A stretch of 32,000 bases of DNA from contig NZ_QLIR01000018.1 of assembly GCF_003428155.1 (NCBI RefSeq), forward strand, positions 1 through 32,000, given 5' to 3'. The stretch comes from Fastidiosibacter lacustris. GTDB taxonomy: Bacteria; Pseudomonadota; Gammaproteobacteria; Francisellales; Francisellaceae. The translations under genes and the position numbers were made by a program. The stretch's first letter is position 1. Every line of letters begins with the position of its first letter. Below, in pieces: positions 29,586 through 32,000 of the stretch. The notes beneath the pieces are model-generated. The model saw only the letters and a program-made list of their open reading frames with translations. It made no database searches and had not been told where the DNA came from.

Positions 29586-31301
29586 TTAAGCCAACCAAAA
29601 GAAAATTACTATGGCTATACAGATCGTAATGAAAAAGAAAATCTTAGTAGAATTGTCATCAATATTTTTTCTTTCCAATGGTTTATTTACTGAGCTTTTA
29701 GTATTTAATTTAGATAATGAATTATGAGAATTGTTAGAACTGAAAGGTGATTTCTGACCAAAATGAGTATTACGGTTTCCATTATTTTTAATAGTAGATT
29801 GACTAACAGTTTGTGGTTTATTTATTGTGTTTTTCATCGATTTTATATCATTTAATAAACTAATGTTTTTATTTGATTGTTGTGGAAATGAAGTAATCTT
29901 ACTTATTGTTTTATCATGATTTTTAATATGCTTTAAATCATCTAAAATACCTTTATTATTATCCTTAATATTAGGAATTACAGCTTTAGTTTTATTTAAT
30001 CGAAACTTTGCATCTTGTTCATTCATAATAAATAGCTGGTTAATATTTTTAAGCTCCATTTGTATTTGATTAGGTGCGCTTTTATGAGTTAAGAACATCC
30101 CACTAACACTTATCCATTTTGAAACTAAGTTATCTAAACTACCAACTCTTTTAATATCATTAGGTGTACAATTCCATACTACTATTTTTATCATTTTTTT
30201 TCCTTTAGAATAGGAGCTAAAATTTAAAAAAACGTATGGTTGATTAATTGTTGTCGTGCCTGATTTGTAGTTATGTATTTTCCCAATTAATTCTACTTTA
30301 GTTCCAATCAAAGAATATGCTAGATTATAATCGGTAGCATCAACCACTGGAAATGCTGCAATATAATTCTTTTCACTAAATGGAGTTAATGAATGATTGC
30401 TAGTAGGAATGTTGCAACCATTTAAAAAATCGCTAAGAGTTGGTATTGATAGATAAGAGCTTTTGCAGATAGACATAAACCATTTAGCTTTATCCTCTAA
30501 CTCATTTATTCTTAAAATACTATTGAAAATTTTAGAAGATTCTGGATCTCTAAAATCATTAGCCTTAAATACAATTGCATCACCTGAAGCACTTTCATTC
30601 CATATATCAGGTCTTTTTTGTAACACGTCTATTGCTAGAGAAAGTGATATAAATGAGAATCTATCAAGTTTGTTATCATAAGGGTTTATTTTTTCTCTTT
30701 CTGGATGTTGAAAGTTTCGCTGCCCAAGTTCAGCACTACCTAAATTTTTTATACCTTCAAAAAACATTCCATCATAATCTATTAATTTCACAGAGTAGTC
30801 AGAACTATTCACAATAAGATTATCAATTTGAATATCTCCATGTGCTATATTATTTTTTTCTAAAAATATATTTAAACCCAATAATGATTGATTAAGTTTT
30901 ATTAAAGCACTTGGATTATTTAGATTGTTCTCAATAAATTCACCAAGGGTTTCTCCATTAGCCCAATCCATTTTTATAATTGGGTATTTTTTCCCTTTTA
31001 CTAATATGCCATTAGCTATAAAATCAAAATTAAGAAAATAATTTGAATTTAGTTTGTTAATATTTTTAGATATTTCCGCATAACGTGCTTCAAGTGATTT
31101 CGATTCTTTATGAAAGCAGCGAATTGCATATTTTTTGTGATTATATTGAGCTATGTATGTTAATGCAAATCCACCACATAATGCTAATGGAACTCCTAAT
31201 CCAGTTTTTTTGAAAATAGCATATTTAAGCTCATGATCACTAAAACATCCTTTAGGATTTTGTAATGCTTCTTGGTAATTTTCAAGGCTTGGATAAGGCA
31301 T
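29586..31301 (-). CDS. Multidomain protein: N-terminal atypical (eukaryotic-like/APH-RIO-type) protein kinase fold, OB-fold-like beta domain, Asn/Ser/Lys-rich linker and a C-terminal transmembrane tail anchor
   Basis: 571 aa. The Gly-rich loop region is GLGVPLALCGGFALTY, followed by the beta3-like YAIRCF. The catalytic loop is AHGDIQIDN (HGDxxxxN) and the metal-binding region is KLIDYDGMF (DxDG). Residues about 330-425 alternate beta-like segments (KVELIGKIHNY, PYVFLNFS, IKIVVWN, WISVSGMFLTH, QIQMELKNINQLFIM). Residues about 440-550 are low complexity. The last 19 aa, IFFFITICIAIVIFFWLA, are hydrophobic. The gene is clearly more AT-rich than its neighbours. Confidence 0.6.
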   Translation of the reverse strand: MPYPSLENYQEALQNPKGCFSDHELKYAIFKKTGLGVPLALCGGFALTYIAQYNHKKYAIRCFHKESKSLEARYAEISKNINKLNSNYFLNFDFIANGILVKGKKYPIIKMDWANGETLGEFIENNLNNPSALIKLNQSLLGLNIFLEKNNIAHGDIQIDNLIVNSSDYSVKLIDYDGMFFEGIKNLGSAELGQRNFQHPEREKINPYDNKLDRFSFISLSLAIDVLQKRPDIWNESASGDAIVFKANDFRDPESSKIFNSILRINELEDKAKWFMSICKSSYLSIPTLSDFLNGCNIPTSNHSLTPFSEKNYIAAFPVVDATDYNLAYSLIGTKVELIGKIHNYKSGTTTINQPYVFLNFSSYSKGKKMIKIVVWNCTPNDIKRVGSLDNLVSKWISVSGMFLTHKSAPNQIQMELKNINQLFIMNEQDAKFRLNKTKAVIPNIKDNNKGILDDLKHIKNHDKTISKITSFPQQSNKNISLLNDIKSMKNTINKPQTVSQSTIKNNGNRNTHFGQKSPFSSNNSHNSLSKLNTKSSVNKPLERKNIDDNSTKIFFFITICIAIVIFFWLA

Positions 31302-31309
31302 AAGTAATC

Positions 31310-32000
31310 CTAAAGTTTAAGACTAATTAAAGTTGTATCATCTAGTCTAATGGAGTTATTTTTTCTATTATGCTCTATTAAATTCAAAAAGCTTTCTGTA
31401 TCTTCTATTTCTAAAAGTTGACTCCATTCAGATGTATTATTTCTTTCATACATTTTTAAAAACCATTCACCTAAAGCATCAGACATAACTAAAATATGTG
31501 GAAATTCAAAATGCTGTAAGTCCCATACTCCTGTGTTAATTTCACTAATAACGTCATCATTACTAAAACTGTCATATTTACTTTCAGATGCTAACAATAA
31601 AGGTCGATGAGAGAACTCACAAGATTCAAGATAATGAAAAGTATTAATTTTCACATTGCCATCAAAAAGGATAGCTATACAATCGCCAATAGATAATAAT
31701 TCAACTTTCTTTTTATCTTCATCAAAAGTAAGACCTAGTAAAGTTGAAAAACTACCCCGGCTATATGATGCTAATTTAGACCAACTAAAGTCAGATTTAT
31801 CAAATTGAATAGAATAATTAAATCTGGCTTTTTCAAGCCATTCGGCATTGATGCATTCTGATTCAATATACTGATTAGCCAATACAGTTGCCCATTCTTT
31901 TGCCGCAAATGATTCACTGGCACCATCGCATAGTACAACCTTTTTATTGTCATAATTTATACAGAACACATCTTCATTACTTGAAAATTCAGTGGATTCT
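31310..32000 (-). CDS. PP2C-like Ser/Thr phosphatase (resembles the PP2C_2 type), 5-prime end outside the window
   Basis: The frame stays open to position 31999 (..ESTEFSSNEDVFCINYDNKKVVLCDGASES..). PP2C-type motifs occur in order: NEDVF, LCDGASES, LLSIGDCIAILF, ILVMSDALGEW and the C-terminal LDDTTLISLKL. The stop TAG lies 8 nt before the kinase ATG and overlaps an AGGA Shine-Dalgarno. Confidence 0.6.
   Translation of the reverse strand, partial: ESTEFSSNEDVFCINYDNKKVVLCDGASESFAAKEWATVLANQYIESECINAEWLEKARFNYSIQFDKSDFSWSKLASYSRGSFSTLLGLTFDEDKKKVELLSIGDCIAILFDGNVKINTFHYLESCEFSHRPLLLASESKYDSFSNDDVISEINTGVWDLQHFEFPHILVMSDALGEWFLKMYERNNTSEWSQLLEIEDTESFLNLIEHNRKNNSIRLDDTTLISLKL

Noticed and set aside
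29372-32000. I looked for hallmarks of a mobile element in the AT-rich islet: integrase, transposase, IS inverted repeats or a flanking tRNA. I also looked for CRISPR repeats anywhere in the window.
   Set aside because: None is visible within the window. The only boundary signal is the short nuoN 3-prime duplication, so mobility or horizontal origin remains an inference from composition and is not called as a mobile_element feature.

Overview
This 32 kb window comes from an AT-rich chromosome that looks gammaproteobacterial. GC is roughly 40% in the core genes, estimated by eye from sampled lines. About 29 kb is ordinary, well-conserved housekeeping sequence.

On the left are rpoH, a tRNA-Ala(GGC)/tRNA-Glu(UUC) pair with a near-consensus promoter, a frameshifted type IV pilin gene, dnaQ, usp-hemW, ybaB-recR, a stand-alone P-II gene and ubiK-comM. 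A 21 kb co-directional block follows: lpxL-family acyltransferase, hemE, maeA, glmM, tpiA, secG, tRNA-Leu(GAG), then a complete 14-gene complex I operon (nuoA to nuoN, with nuoC and nuoD unfused). The glmM-tpiA-secG-tRNA-Leu-nuo synteny, unfused nuoC/D and low GC are reminiscent of Legionellales-type genomes. I cannot verify the taxonomy without a search.

The only clearly accessory part is the right-hand 2.6 kb (29372-32000). GC drops by about 10 points there and the coding strand flips. A PP2C-like phosphatase, truncated by the window edge, is tightly coupled to a 571-aa protein. That protein combines an atypical HGDxxxxN/DxDG kinase-like domain, an OB-fold-like beta-rich domain, an Asn/Ser/Lys low-complexity linker and an extreme C-terminal transmembrane tail. 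This pair is the best candidate for a poorly described signalling, conflict or effector module, but its function is inferred only from motifs.

A partial duplication of the nuoN 3-prime end sits exactly at the core/islet boundary. I saw no CRISPR array, transposase or integrase. All calls rest on reading the ORF translations for family signature motifs and on hand inspection of the DNA.
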